From NCBI RefSeq assembly GCF_035594765.1, contig NC_085842.1, forward strand, positions 92,790,782 through 92,854,781: DNA of 64,000 nt, given 5' to 3'. A program made the position numbers and the translations under genes. Under the pieces are notes generated by a model. That model was not told where the DNA came from. It worked only from the letters and a program-made list of their open reading frames with translations, and did not search any database. Origin of the DNA: Anolis carolinensis. Its lineage: Eukaryota. Positions 27,531 through 39,997 of the stretch are shown piece by piece (the stretch's first letter is position 1; each line of letters opens with the position of its first letter).

Positions 27531-29094
27531 CAACATCAACTTAAGGGCATTCAAAATTAAGAGCATTTTGAGTTAAGAGCCATCGCTCAGTCCAATGTTC
27601 GGTTTGTCATAAGAGCAGTGTTTTGAGTAAGTATGAAAAGCTTCCTTCCAAAGTACCGGCCTATTATATGTGCTCATACATTTACTGTATCTGCTGTCAG
27701 ACACAAGCCATGGATATAGGCAACCCTTATTAGACCTATACCAGTTTCGGTACACTATATTTGACAGGTACTTCTATAGAGACAACTGTTCAGGCTAAGA
27801 AAAAAGGGCAATAACAGCAATCAAGTGGAAACACTTGTAGTTATGATGATGATCCAGAGATTGGTTGGAAGAGGAACGAGGCCAGGAGCCAGAAGGAATT
27901 AAAATAAGGAATGACCCTGAAATGGGGAAAAAGTGAATTCCTGTATAAATAAACACAACAATACTATAAGGCAAAGGTGGGGAATGTGTGATCTGTAGGT
28001 TGTATGTGGTCCTTGAACTTCACTTGTGAAGCCCCAAGAGCTCTCCGGAAGTTCTTCAAAGTACTCCAACCCTCAATTTAGTTTTTTAAAAATTGGAATT
28101 TGGGTATGATTTTCCACTAAAACTTTACAGAAAACTCGTAAAACGCGTAAAAACACCTATTTCTTTCACACTCTCCAGCAGCCCAGCACATACTCAAATA
28201 CCTCCAGTTTATCATAGTATTTCTTGAAACAGGCTGGAAATAAAAGAACATCACTTCTAACTACCATTTTCATAGAGACTGTAATAAAAATAGATTTAAA
28301 CTTGGAAACAGTGCACCATGGGGGGGGGAGGGGGTTGAGTTGGCGAGAAAATTGGTCCTCAGCCTCCAAGGAATTGTCCTTATATCTTTATTTCAGAGTA
28401 GAGCATAGAAAACGCCATGAGGCATACATTTCAGTAGACCTGCTTGAGATTTTTATCATTAAGCAGTCACTGAATTCTCAACACTAGTCACCTCTATACC
28501 ATTTTCCAGGACATTATTTCATACTCTACCAACTTGGTTTTAATTAAAGTTAAGGCACCTTCCATAAAACATAATTCATTAGGTCTTAAATAGTCTTAAA
28601 TAGTTTAATACAATTAGAATTTCTACCATTTCTAATTATTTAATAATATTTCTTTTTTGGAATAATTGATCATTTAACATTATTTTAGTTAAGCAACAAT
28701 GATATTATGTTATAGACAGTAAAACTTTAAAACTTCCACATGCATATATAAGATCTCTCTTTTTTGGAGAGAGTGCAAATGCACTGGTTGCATTATCATA
28801 AGGTCATATTATTAGATGTGACAGAATTGTGAATATCTTTTTTGAGGACTGAGGTTATGCTAACAGGAGGAAAATTAAATGTGCTGATTAGAATGTTTAA
28901 TGATGGTTATAAAAACTTGCTTTACAATGACTTGGCCTTTTGTTTTTGATTCAGGAAGCACATTCTGAAACTGCTTATAAATAGAAAATAGTAACAGGAA
29001 GAGAATAAACTAACTTGAGGTATAAAGCTTGACGGGAGATCTACAGATACCATGCACTTCTAAAAAGATAAACAAATAGGTCCTACAGTGAGTA

Positions 29095-29330
29095 AAGCCT
29101 GAACTCTCCCTAGGAGCCAAAATGACTAAATGGAGACTGTCTTATTTTGGCCATTATCATGAAAAGACAGGGCTCACTAGAAAAGACAAGAATGGTTGCT
29201 AAGGCAGAAATCAATAGGAAGACCACCTTACAGGTGGATAGACTCAGTCAAGGAAGCCACACGCCCGAAGTTGCAAAACCTGAGTAAGAGTTGATAACAA
29301 GGTGGTTTATAGGGCTCTCCTTCAAAATCA
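29095..29330 (+). mobile_element. RTE/BovB-type LINE 3' coding remnant
   Basis: Frameshifted translation KPELSL.AKMTK.RLSYFGH..KRQGSLEKT..RWIDSVKEAT; a shorter remnant lies at about 17590-17700. Confidence 0.7.
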
Positions 29331-30132
29331 ATATCAGCTTCATAGCAATTAATAAGATAATAATCTATTACCACTTATTAAGTGGTACAGGACAGTGTGA
29401 GATTTAACATATAATTGAACAAAAACATAGATTGGAAAGACAAACAAACTAGCATGGATATAGTATAGATTGACACCATCTGTTTATTTCTTATATAATA
29501 CTAGTTCTTTAGTGAAACAAATTTCTCATGTAAGAACTACATTTGGGTAGAATTTGTGAATTATTGTTTGCTATATTACAATCCACCTGAACTGGGAACA
29601 AAGTTTTTGGTCTTTCCATTTTCAACCTGAACTAAAGTCTAGTATCTTCTGTCACTGTTCTCCTTACACTGTTGCAGCCAACACTGGGAGATCTTTTCCC
29701 TGTGAGCCATTAAAAAAGCAACTGCAAAACACCGATGAAGCTAGTTCTGGTTTGTTTATGTCAGCTAAAAGTTTACAACTCTTTTACATCAGTAAAGAAA
29801 CAAATAACACATGTAGCTACTGTATTTATAATTTTCTTCAAGCTATAGTGCCTGGGTTGTACTATTGGTGTTGTACAAGGATTAAAAGAGCAACAAGAAT
29901 CTTCACAGGTTAATGATGGAAAACAATTCAAAAGAAAGTATATATTTAAAAGTAGATATTTAATTATAACATATACATATTAAGATATGATTTTTGTTTG
30001 TTTAAAAATACATGCTAGATTTTGTTTGTTTTTCATTAAACGGACTTGCTGGGAGTTAATTCTCATGAACACCAAGGGTAAGGCAGTTTTGCTGTCATGC
30101 TGTTAGAATTAGACATTCAATACCTAAAGATA

Positions 30133-31740
30133 AGAGATCCTAGCTAACACTGGATGCTAAGCAGGGTCAGTCCTGGTCAGGGCCAGCCCTAGGTAATTTT
30201 CTAGTGTAAGTGAACAGAATTTTGGCACCCCCTCCCCCAAACCAATTACTGAAAAATAAAAGTGCAGTCCCTTGCTGCGGGCTTCCATTCAGCCAACCTG
30301 CAGGGAGGGAACCGAACTGTGCCTGCTGCTTGCTGCGGGTCCCAAATACAAGATAGCGGCAGAGGCTGCCAGGGTGAGGTGGTGGCGCGATGGCAGCGAG
30401 AAGGCCCATGCGGGGGATGCAGGTGAGGGGGCTTTGTGGGGGTGCCCGGAGGATGGAGGGGGACGGTGAAAGTAAGGGGAAGGAGAGGGGGCGGCATCTC
30501 GCTGGCGGGAGGAGGAGCCTCCACTACTGCTGCTCCAGCCACCACTGCTGTCGCCATCTTGGCTCGGCCATGCTACAGGAGTGCTCCCGCCTTTCTCCCT
30601 CCCTTTTCCCCTGTTGCCATGGCTCCCAGAAGGAGCACGCCCCTAAACACTCCCCCCGGGTTCTGCTTTTCTTTTGGTTCCACATGGTGTTTCCTTCTCT
30701 CTCCCCTCTCCGCCAATGGCCCACATTCCGAGGTGGAATGAGGGAGGGAGGGAGGGAGTTCGAGCCTTCCTAGGCAGGCCTAGCCAATGGCGCCATGGTT
30801 CCCTGCCTCCCTGCGCTCATAGGCCTGCCGTCAGAGCTGGGCCTTGCTCGGCTTCACCCCCAGCAGCCCCATGCCAGGACCAGGTGGCCAGGCCTCTTTG
30901 AGGGGCAGTTCGCCTCTCTCCCGATATGGAAGTCTCCAGGCTTGCCCCACTCCCTCCCTCATGCAGAGGGAGGCCTTGGGGCCCGAAATGGCCCGCCTTG
31001 GGTCTCCTCAGGCTGGAACCTCCATCCAGGCATGGCCTTCCTGTGCCTAAATTGCCTTGCAGTTGAACCGCCCCTGGTCCTGGTTAGTACTTGGATGAGA
31101 GTTCATCAAGAAATATCAGGAACTGTAGCCTATATTTCAGGAGGAACTGGCAAAACCATCTCCGAGGCCCCATCTACACTGTACACCTAGGTTGGTATGG
31201 GATCTGATTGACCATAAAATGCACATAGGCTGATCCAGATTTACCTTAGGAAAGCCGCTTAATGTGGTTGTACCTTGGGTTACAATAGCTCAGGAGAAAG
31301 CCTTAATCCTACACCAGATTTCAGGGTTTTCCCTGAGGTGTTGGCAGACACCTGAAGCCAATTCTTATGTGGAACTGTCCCTGGGTTCAGGCAGCCAGGA
31401 CACAGGATGACTGCCCCCTGCCACCTCTTCCTTCATGTTGCAGCTGGCTGCAGCATCATTACCTCCTCCTCCCTCCCTCCCTCCTTTCTGAATCACAAGA
31501 CGTGGAAGGAAACTGATGGAGCCCCCAGGGTAAGGTAAGTCATGGTCTCATTGCTGTAGCCAGCAGTGAAACAAAAGAAAAGGGGTGGCAATTCATCCCT
31601 CATCAACTTTGATGTGGTCGGGCAGTAGGGACGCCAGATCTGCCCACATTATTGGAATGTGTAGAGCCACCATGAGTATTCCTTGCCTAAGAAAATGCTA
31701 GGAAAATGTAAGTCAGCAGACAAGTTGAAGACACCTCTCC
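30133..31740 (+). mobile_element. 5S rRNA-derived SINE split by two nested insertions
   Basis: GCTAAGCAGGGTCAGTCCTGGT | TAGTACTTGGATGAGAG..GAAATATCAGGAACTGTAG resembles the 5S rRNA internal control region; the body resumes at about 31672 (GAGTATTCCTTGCCTAAGAAAA). Confidence 0.7.
30178..31076. mobile_element. hAT non-autonomous element with GC-rich interior, same termini family as 18776
   Basis: Perfect 8-bp TSD GTCCTGGT; first about 80 bp and last about 30 bp are similar to 18776-19099. Confidence 0.88.
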
Positions 31741-33159
31741 CCTCAAGACGTAGGGGCGTGCCCTTCTGGCATGCATGTCGTAGGTTCACCACAAGTGCTC
31801 TATGGTATACCTGGAAGTGATTTAGCAGTTGATATCTCATACCTGACAGGTGTGGAGAAAGGTGGGGGAGAACACTGCACACAAATTTGGGAAGGAAAAC
31901 CTCTGGGGTTTGGACAGAAGATTTGTGGGCTAACCTCTGTTTTTGCATCACTCCACAGGTTGACACATCCTAGCAAGCATGGGCAGGAATTTCCTTCAAT
32001 TGCTTTCCTGGACAACTTAAGACAGACCCTGGCCTGGGCTACATAGTCATTAATTTATCTTCTCTTCCCATCACTGGTTGACCAGTATTTTAATTTAGGT
32101 TGATTTTGTGCAATAAAGTTGTGGCTATCCACACATATCTCATAATTTGACTTTGACTATTTTGACTTGACATAATTTGATAAGTCTGTCTCTGTCTATT
32201 TTGGTTCAAGGAAGATGTCTTAACCCCATTTTTAAATGATGAAGTTCTAATTTATTAGCTCCCTTTTTATTATGGAGCTAGCATGTTTTATGTGCACTGT
32301 TTCTAAAAACGATTTGGGGACAAAACTAGCAAAAAGAGCACGAATTTCCAGGGAACAGATGGTTCAGTTGACATATTTTTAATGGGTTTGACACTTTCTG
32401 TGTGATAGGTTCTGACTAAAAGACAGGTATGTACAAAATAATGGGAGATAATGAACTACATCATAGCAAATGTGATGCCATGCTCACCTCCCATATTGTA
32501 AAATCCTAACAGGAATGAAGAGACTTTTCCTCCCAAGACAACAGCACACCTGATCTCAGGAAACAGGGACACACTGTCCTTTTAAAACTAGGAAACATTT
32601 GACAGTGTGACATGCATCTTTTAATACACAGACGATAGAAGTTGCAGACCTGTCTATGAATGGGAATGTAAATCTCACTCATGATAGGAAGAAATTCAGA
32701 AGTTTTCTCCACAATAAACAAGATTATGACATATTGGGAACATATCAGAAAAGAGTAAGGGTTGGAAATTGTTTTTTAAACTATATAAATTGCATGAAGG
32801 ATTTGTATGCAAACCACAGTGTTTTTGTGCAAAGTATAAGGTTTTTATGAACAAAATATTGCTGTTTCCTTCTTCTGAACAACAGAAGGATTGTTTATCC
32901 ATTTTTGTCTACAATCTTCTCCTCCTCTGCTTGTTCTCTTCTGCATGTACTTTACTTAGGAAAGGAAGAAAGAAACTAAAGGTTTCTCAGAGGCTTCTTA
33001 TATCGGACTACAGGCATTGTTGTGCAAGGGTGAAACATTCCACAAAATTACTATTTTCATAAACAGAAGATAAAAATATCATTACATTCCTTACTCGAAG
33101 CAACTGTGTCTAATATGTGTTAGTCTACGCAAAAGATGGGGAATTATGACTTTGGAGTC

Positions 33160-33168
33160 TGTTGTTGA

Positions 33169-33207
<39 letters not shown>

Positions 33208-34478
33208 GCATCTTGAAGCCATTTCTGATTTATGACAGCCCTAAGGTGAACTTATCATGACATTTTCTTTGCAAGATTTGTTTGGGGGAGGTTTATTTGT
33301 CATCTGAGGTTGAGAGAGTGTGACTTGCCCACTAGGCATGTGCATTTAAATCAGAAGAATCTGAATTTGTCAGAAAATCAGAAGTTGTGTAAGCCGGAAG
33401 CCATATCCAATGCATTTGCATGGCCCTCACCAAATATTTTAGAATCAAAACTTATCCCATACTTTTTCATTTAGTGTTGTAAATCTCGGAAGCCTCCCAA
33501 AGTTTGTTTCATATTCAGTGCAAGGAAGCAAAGCCATTAAGCCAAAAAGGCTCCTGCCTGCCTTGCCATTCCTCTCCCTGAATTAATGGCGTCTCGGCAT
33601 TAGGAGCAGTGAAAAGAGGAAGTACAGCATTTTGGGAACAGCACAGAACTCTGAGAAATCTATTTTGGGAAGGGGAAGAGCTCTATGCCAAAGAATTCAA
33701 AGAACTCTGCCCTAAACTACATTAGCATTAGAAAGCACCAATTAGGAAAGGAGTCAGTCTGTAGCCAGCCACAGTTCCAATACATTTGTTAATATTCTAC
33801 ACTATGATTTTGTTCCTGGGTTATAAATGGAAGTTCCTAATTGGTTCTGTCATAAAAAAACATGTTGAAAATGTATTACACTGTGAAAATGTTGTCTTCA
33901 CATGAGGGCCATTGTCTTATAGTACATTTTGCTCTGTTGAGTCTCCACAAATTTAGAAAAGTTTCTTCCACAAAAGCAAAGGTTCTGGACTAGAACGATT
34001 ACTTTCAAAGTAAGGACTACACAATTAAACAAGAAATAACACATTGAAACTAGGAACAGATTTCCTTTATTATAAAAACTGAAAATTCACCCAAACTCCA
34101 TGGATAGGCAAAACATTCTGAGATTTGGTGGACTAACAGTGGAAAATGTGGTCTACCATTGTAGCAAGTTTCACCCCAATCGTTTTAAAAATGAGGGATA
34201 TAGGAGCCCCTGAAGTTTCCCCAATTATAGTAATTTTATTATGCGCAATTACTATAACAAAATAGTAATGAAATTCCGTTAGTCTCGCTATAATAATGAA
34301 ATTTTCACTAAGTATACTTTAGAAGCACTTTAGAAATGAAGCACCAGTGCCCACCAGTTTTGTAATGACTTTTGAACAATTTTTATGGATCGCACATCCC
34401 TATTGCTCACAGTCATTCAGTGGGGTCCCATGGTCTCCAGAGTTATAGTCCAAACTCAAACCACTACACCATGCTGGT
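33160..34478 (-). mobile_element. tRNA-derived SINE (Squam3-like) with (CAA)n tail, split by a hAT insertion
   Basis: (GTT)n at about 33160-33207, body ..GAGAGAGTGTGACTTGCCCAC, tRNA-like head at about 34411-34478; related copy at 61462-61667. Confidence 0.65.
33333..34402. mobile_element. hAT (Ac-like termini) non-autonomous composite element
   Basis: TIR TAGGCATGTGC / GCACATCCCTA; TSD TTGCCCAC / TTGCTCAC. Confidence 0.8.
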
Positions 34479-35891
34479 TATCTCAGGGTTATAAAATGAG
34501 CAAAAGCCTTGCCCCAAAGGAATATATGTTTTTTTTCTTAAGTGTCCCATGAACTCCGTAAATGTCACAAGAGGGCTGGATTTAAAACTGAAACATCATT
34601 GAAACTGTAGTGATGAGATTCATAGCCTAGCACATAGCAGTGACTTTAAAAACCATTTGTAGCATTATGCAGTTGTGAAACACATGGCGTAAAAAGAAAG
34701 GTACCTGCAAACAGAATTAGACCAACAGTTTATTTTGCACCCAGTCTAATCAACCATCAACAAACTGGCTGAGATTCAATCATTCTTTGACTGAATTCCT
34801 CCCAAAGGTGTGTGGGTGGGGGAGGTAATATTTCATAGTGCAGTTCTGACAACTGGTATTTCCCCTCATTGTGTGCCATAATATATTTGAGGCATGCAAG
34901 TTAAATGAAAGGGAAACTAGTTTTACTATAAAAAAATTGATTTCATGTTGAAACATGAGCATTATGGGTTCCATGCTCTTTGGGCCCATTCTCACTCTGT
35001 GCTATGGCAAAGATAGATCAGTGATACCTTGTTGATTTATATCTTCTGGCTGATACATTTCTTCAACTTAACACTCTGAAAACCACAGCCTTAAGCTTTT
35101 AAAAATCTATAAATAATAGCATATATGTCCCAGACTCTTTGAAGGACCTTATCTTCCCATATGAGCCTGTCTTAGCTTCTCTTTGTCCCACTGCCTTCAC
35201 AGGCATGACTGGAAAAAACATGGGAGAAGAGTGGCTGCTTCCACTCTTTATAACTCTCTCCCTAAGTGAGCTATGTGGGTTCCCCCCACTTTAATTTTGG
35301 TCGAAGATCAAAACCCTTCTTTTCAACAAGCCTTTGGAAATTAGTTTTTAATGTGAAAGGTGCTTTTTATGGTGCTGTACTGTTTTAAATGTTTGGTTTG
35401 ACGCAGGATTTTAAATCATTTTCATTCTGCTATTATCTAATATTTCTTCAATTTTAGTTTTGTATGTTTCAACTATTTTCTACCTTTTTGTAAGTTTCAT
35501 GACTTTATCACAAGGGGGAAGCCCCCCGCCGATGCTATTTCGCCAACAGGCATGGCAAAATGGCAGGCGCACCGCTGCTCCGGCACAGCAGTACTTTCCC
35601 CATCATACAGGGAAAGTGTCACCCAAATAGGACAGAAATGTGCTGGCTCCAATAAAGCTAGCACAACAGGGGAAGTCTCCCATGTGGTGGGGAAAGCATC
35701 CAGTGATTCTTTCACCCGAGGAGGAGGTGAAGCCACAGAAGTCACATGGCTGCCATGGCACTCTATTCCCTAAGAACGCTCTAAGCATACTAGGATGCTT
35801 ATTTTCATCAATGTGATGAATATGACATAAATAAAAGGGTCAGATATGGGTTTCTGAATCATGTGAGCACTTTTGAGATGCTTATCCTGGG

Positions 35892-36027
35892 NNNNNNNNN
35901 NNNNNNNNNNNNNNNNNNNNNNNNNNNNNNNNNNNNNNNNNNNNNNNNNNNNNNNNNNNNNNNNNNNNNNNNNNNNNNNNNNNNNNNNNNNNNNNNNNNN
36001 NNNNNNNNNNNNNNNNNNNNNNNNNNN
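35892..36027. other. Assembly gap, 136 N
   Basis: Run of N. Confidence 1.
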
Positions 36028-36555
36028 TGCTCCACTAAAGTGTTCCAAGAGTTACTTAACCAATTCATTTGTGTTTGTCTCTGTATGCTTTTCTATGTAC
36101 CTCTGAAGAACTGTTAAAGAGTTATTAAGGCAGTATTCTTAGTTATTTGAGCTCTATTGTTAACAAGATAAAATAATATTAAGTATGGAAAAAGGTTCTA
36201 ATGCACAGAGACAAAAATGTTAATTATTTATAGCATCTTCATCCTCCTCATCATTAGTACTCCTTATAATTATTTATAGACTGTTTAATTGGGAGAAATC
36301 CATCACACAGTTCCTAAATGATAGATCAGACTTTCAAATAGCAAAATAGGCATGATAACTTATCTCACAAAATGTGGCGAGCCTTGGCTGCTTAATTGAT
36401 TAATAACCATGCAAGTGCTTTTCTCTTTCTACCTTTGAAGTGCTGCTAAGAGCACAGTAGATTATGCTTAGCAGTGATATTAGCTCCTTCACTAACAGAA
36501 ACTTTGTCTTTTAAAAATTAAGCAGACTCTAAATGTAATACAAGCGGGGATAATT

Positions 36556-36556
<1 letters not shown>

Positions 36557-36599
<43 letters not shown>
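36557..36599. repeat. (CAT)n microsatellite
   Basis: Read directly. Confidence 0.97.
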
Positions 36600-37679
36600 A
36601 TCCTTTCTCTAAAATTATTTATGAAGTGCTACAAGTGCTCACACTACCTCCCACGAGAGCTGAATGGTGCAACTGAATGGTGAGTCACCTGCATTTTCTA
36701 ATTAAGAATGATGTAGAAATGTTGCTTAGCGATATTTTTAATGGCAATATTTGGGCTGGATGATTAATTATATATATTTTAGACTGATCACTGTTAAGAT
36801 ATATGAAGCATATTCATGAGTTGTGTGTGCTCCTATTGCACAGAGGTTTTATCTAGAGATTGCAGCTGGGGTGTTGTGGGGTGGGGGCAAGTATTGCTCA
36901 TAGCCGAGTTTGAACTACATTGTCTTCTACTCAAGAATGTAAGGCTCCTAAAATATGAAATATTTCCCAAAGCCACTGGCATGGCCTAGCAAAGATAAAT
37001 CTATCATATTACCTTAGCTACATATATAGAATATTTAATAATCTGCAGCCATTAATAACTTTGCTAGTGCTTGTAGTGAACAACAATAGAATTACAACGA
37101 TTATATTTTCACATTTTAATAAACTTAGAACTGGCTCATGTCTATATGTAAATCATTCATTATGTTTAAAAAGCTCAGTGCAAGCCATGCCAAATACAAG
37201 ATCCATAGAAAAACCCATATAATATAGGAAATATTGTCTCTATTAGCACGGCTAATTTTGCAACTCCACATGTCTTAGTACATCTAAGGCCCTAGAATAC
37301 CAAGAATTATTTTTTTCACTACACTCTAGTTATTTTACAAATTGAATTCTAATTTATTTTAGTTTTAGACACCCTACAAGGAAATAATTTACATTTAAGA
37401 TTGCAATCCTAAACACCTCTGTTCTAAAAACAGCATCAGAATATCCATAAGAGATAGTTATGGTCCTGACAGCCTCCCACCAGCAGTCTAAAGAAGAGGT
37501 ACAAGCTAGGAAAGCAGGAAAGTAATGGAGTATAATGTAATGGCTTGGCACCAGAATATTTGCAAAAAAAAACACCTTGTCCCGTATGAACTTGTTTGAA
37601 ATTTGGGGTGTTCAAAGGAGGCCCCACTGTACACCTACAATGTGTTTTAAAACTATCACAACTTTAAGGGTTGCAATAC

Positions 37680-38071
37680 TTACTTACTTAAGCGATCCCT
37701 CGTAGTTCGAGGATGATGGTCCTCCATTTCTTGGAAGATGCCTGTGCGTGATTTTTTTAAATGTGTGGAGGTCGGTGCATGGCCGGTCAACACACAGTCC
37801 TCACAGATTGAGGTCCCAGCAGTGGTGTGATTAACACAACGAGAATGGCTTCTCAGTCTGTTGCAGCCTTCGTCCGCCTTCACAGCCGTTGTAACATGTA
37901 CCATGTTATCCTCCGCCTGCTCCGCTGTTGAGGTCTTTGGGTCTTCAGATTGTTCTTGGTCTGGATCCTCCCCTGTGGCCACTCCTGGGAGTGTGTGACT
38001 CCCGTGGTTGTGCCCGCAGGTTCATTGGAACACGCAAGCCCCCTCACCACGTCAAGGTCACAATCCATCGA
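37680..38071 (-). mobile_element. Short internally deleted (bipartite) RTE-derived non-autonomous retroposon
   Basis: 11-bp TSD GGTTGCAATAC (37669-37679 and 38072-38082); RTE-like 5' UTR CCTTGACGTGGTGAGGGGGCTTGCGTGTTCCAATGAACC; 3' stem-loop and (TAAG)n tail; no RT coding sequence. Confidence 0.8.
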
Positions 38072-39997
38072 GGTTGCAATACAAAGTAGCATGCACTGAC
38101 CTCACTAAGGCAAGTAGTTATTTCTGAATAGTTCTGGTCTATCAAAACACAGATAAGAAAACTTTACTAGAATAATTGTATGTTAGGGCTATTTGCAAGC
38201 ATATGTAGGGACAAAGGGATTTATTATGTTGTGTGCATAATAATGTCTGTGCTATCAATCAGTTATTGATTTTTAATGGCTGCTGTTAAGGTAATGACTA
38301 CTGTTACCCTATTCTATTGATTACAATTCCCTGTCACCACATACATACAAGAATGTTGTGTACAATATCTTCCAACTCATGTAACACACCAAGAATCTCA
38401 TGAAGCGGTGGTGCAAGAATGTTTGTGCCATAATAACCATCATAAGCCTTGAAGGAGTAACAAGACCCTGTAGTTTTGATTAATTAAAAACCTTTCTGAA
38501 ACAATGAGAATTAAGCATGATTTATAAAACCTGACACCAAGGAAAGGATATCCACACTTTGCATCAAAGATACTGATGGCTTTTATATATCTATTAAAAA
38601 AACTCTACAGAAGTTAACTGAGATAATTTTGTATAAAGGAATTGTTCTAGAACTTCCAGCATATCCTCTTGGGACTTGTTGCTCTAAACGCTGTATTAAT
38701 GCTAGACTGACCCACCTGTCCAAAGGGAGCTTGACTTGTCCTAAGTATAGATAACAGGTGGATCCCTTCAAAGAACCTATTGAAGTGTTAAAAAAACCTT
38801 TCAGAAGTAGCTCTTTTTGCAAAACTTCAGGATGTGCTTTTGATGTGACTATGCAATTGCTTATGTGTTTGCTCCTGTAGCCCAAAGCATATTCCTTTTA
38901 TTGCTTTACTTGTTCCAAGCAAACGTTCGACCCATTCAGAGTCAAATCTGTCCACTTGTCTTTTTTGGACGTCTATAAGTGCATCCTTTCTTTATAACTT
39001 TATAACTTTCTTGGGCTGCCTGACTTAAAGATCAACTCATTTTCCTCTTGGGACATGTTCAAAGTTTTTTTTATGTCTTTTTAGAGTGGCAAATAAACAT
39101 ATTACCCCAATATGAATGTAGGGCTTTTCCTTGGATGTATCATGTATTTTTTAACTAGTTCACCACTTCCAATGCTATGTATAATTTAAAAAAGTAACCT
39201 TGTGACTTGCTAAAATTGCAACCATGATAGTAATGAGTAGCCGGGGGTGTGCATTTTGTCATAATTTACATTTGAAATTTCTTCTAAAAGGTAATTTTCT
39301 GAGCTCTATAGGGTATACAGTATGGAAGAAACTGCACTGCTATAAGACTCTGTCTATTCTTTTGTTCAGCTTCCTGTTTAAAATGTTGCCCAAGGCTGGC
39401 TTTATATAGCACAGCAGGGTTGCTAGAAGAAAGCAATAGCTTCTTAAACTGAATTTCTGCACAGCACTAAAGCAATTATAACACAGTTTCAACATATGAT
39501 TAACTCTTACTCTTTGTGATATATCTACCAGCTTCCCAGACAACTATCAATGCTCTTTGTAATGGCCTTTAGGGAGTTCAACTATAAATGTTTGCTTCTC
39601 AATGATGACAATAGGCTGAATTAATCCGAATATTTCCTTTCTTCCTTCTGGTACTTCCCATACAAATCATGTTGACAATATTAACATCTTCCCAATGAGA
39701 GTAGCCATAAAGACAATCAATTTTTTTCTCTTCATACTGTACAACTCAAATTCTGAACTGTCCTTGCTCAATGAGCTTATTCCCAAGAACATAAGCAGAA
39801 CTTTTTGAAAACTAACACTTTGAATTAGGTAATTGCATTACTTGACATAGAGTTAATTCTAATACACAGTCTTACAATATGACAGACAGACAGACAGATG
39901 CAGAAATAGTAAAAAAAAAAAAAGTTTGGCAGTCTGAAGTGAATCTCCTTGAGATTTCCTCTCTAGGAAGAGTTCTTTTAAACATATTAGCTGGAAA

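Noticed and set aside
30133-31130. 5S rRNA gene
   Set aside because: Diverged, interrupted and fused to a SINE body; not a functional rRNA gene (the same applies to 44580-44670).
30167-31190. GC/CpG-rich region with many ORFs, resembling a CpG-island promoter
   Set aside because: The GC-rich part lies inside a TSD-flanked hAT element; the ORFs are low-complexity.
35770-36117. ORFs containing X runs
   Set aside because: Artefacts of the N gap.
39879-39997. N-terminal part of the 587-aa ORF
   Set aside because: Lies outside the TSD, so it is flanking DNA fortuitously in frame with the truncated Vingi ORF.
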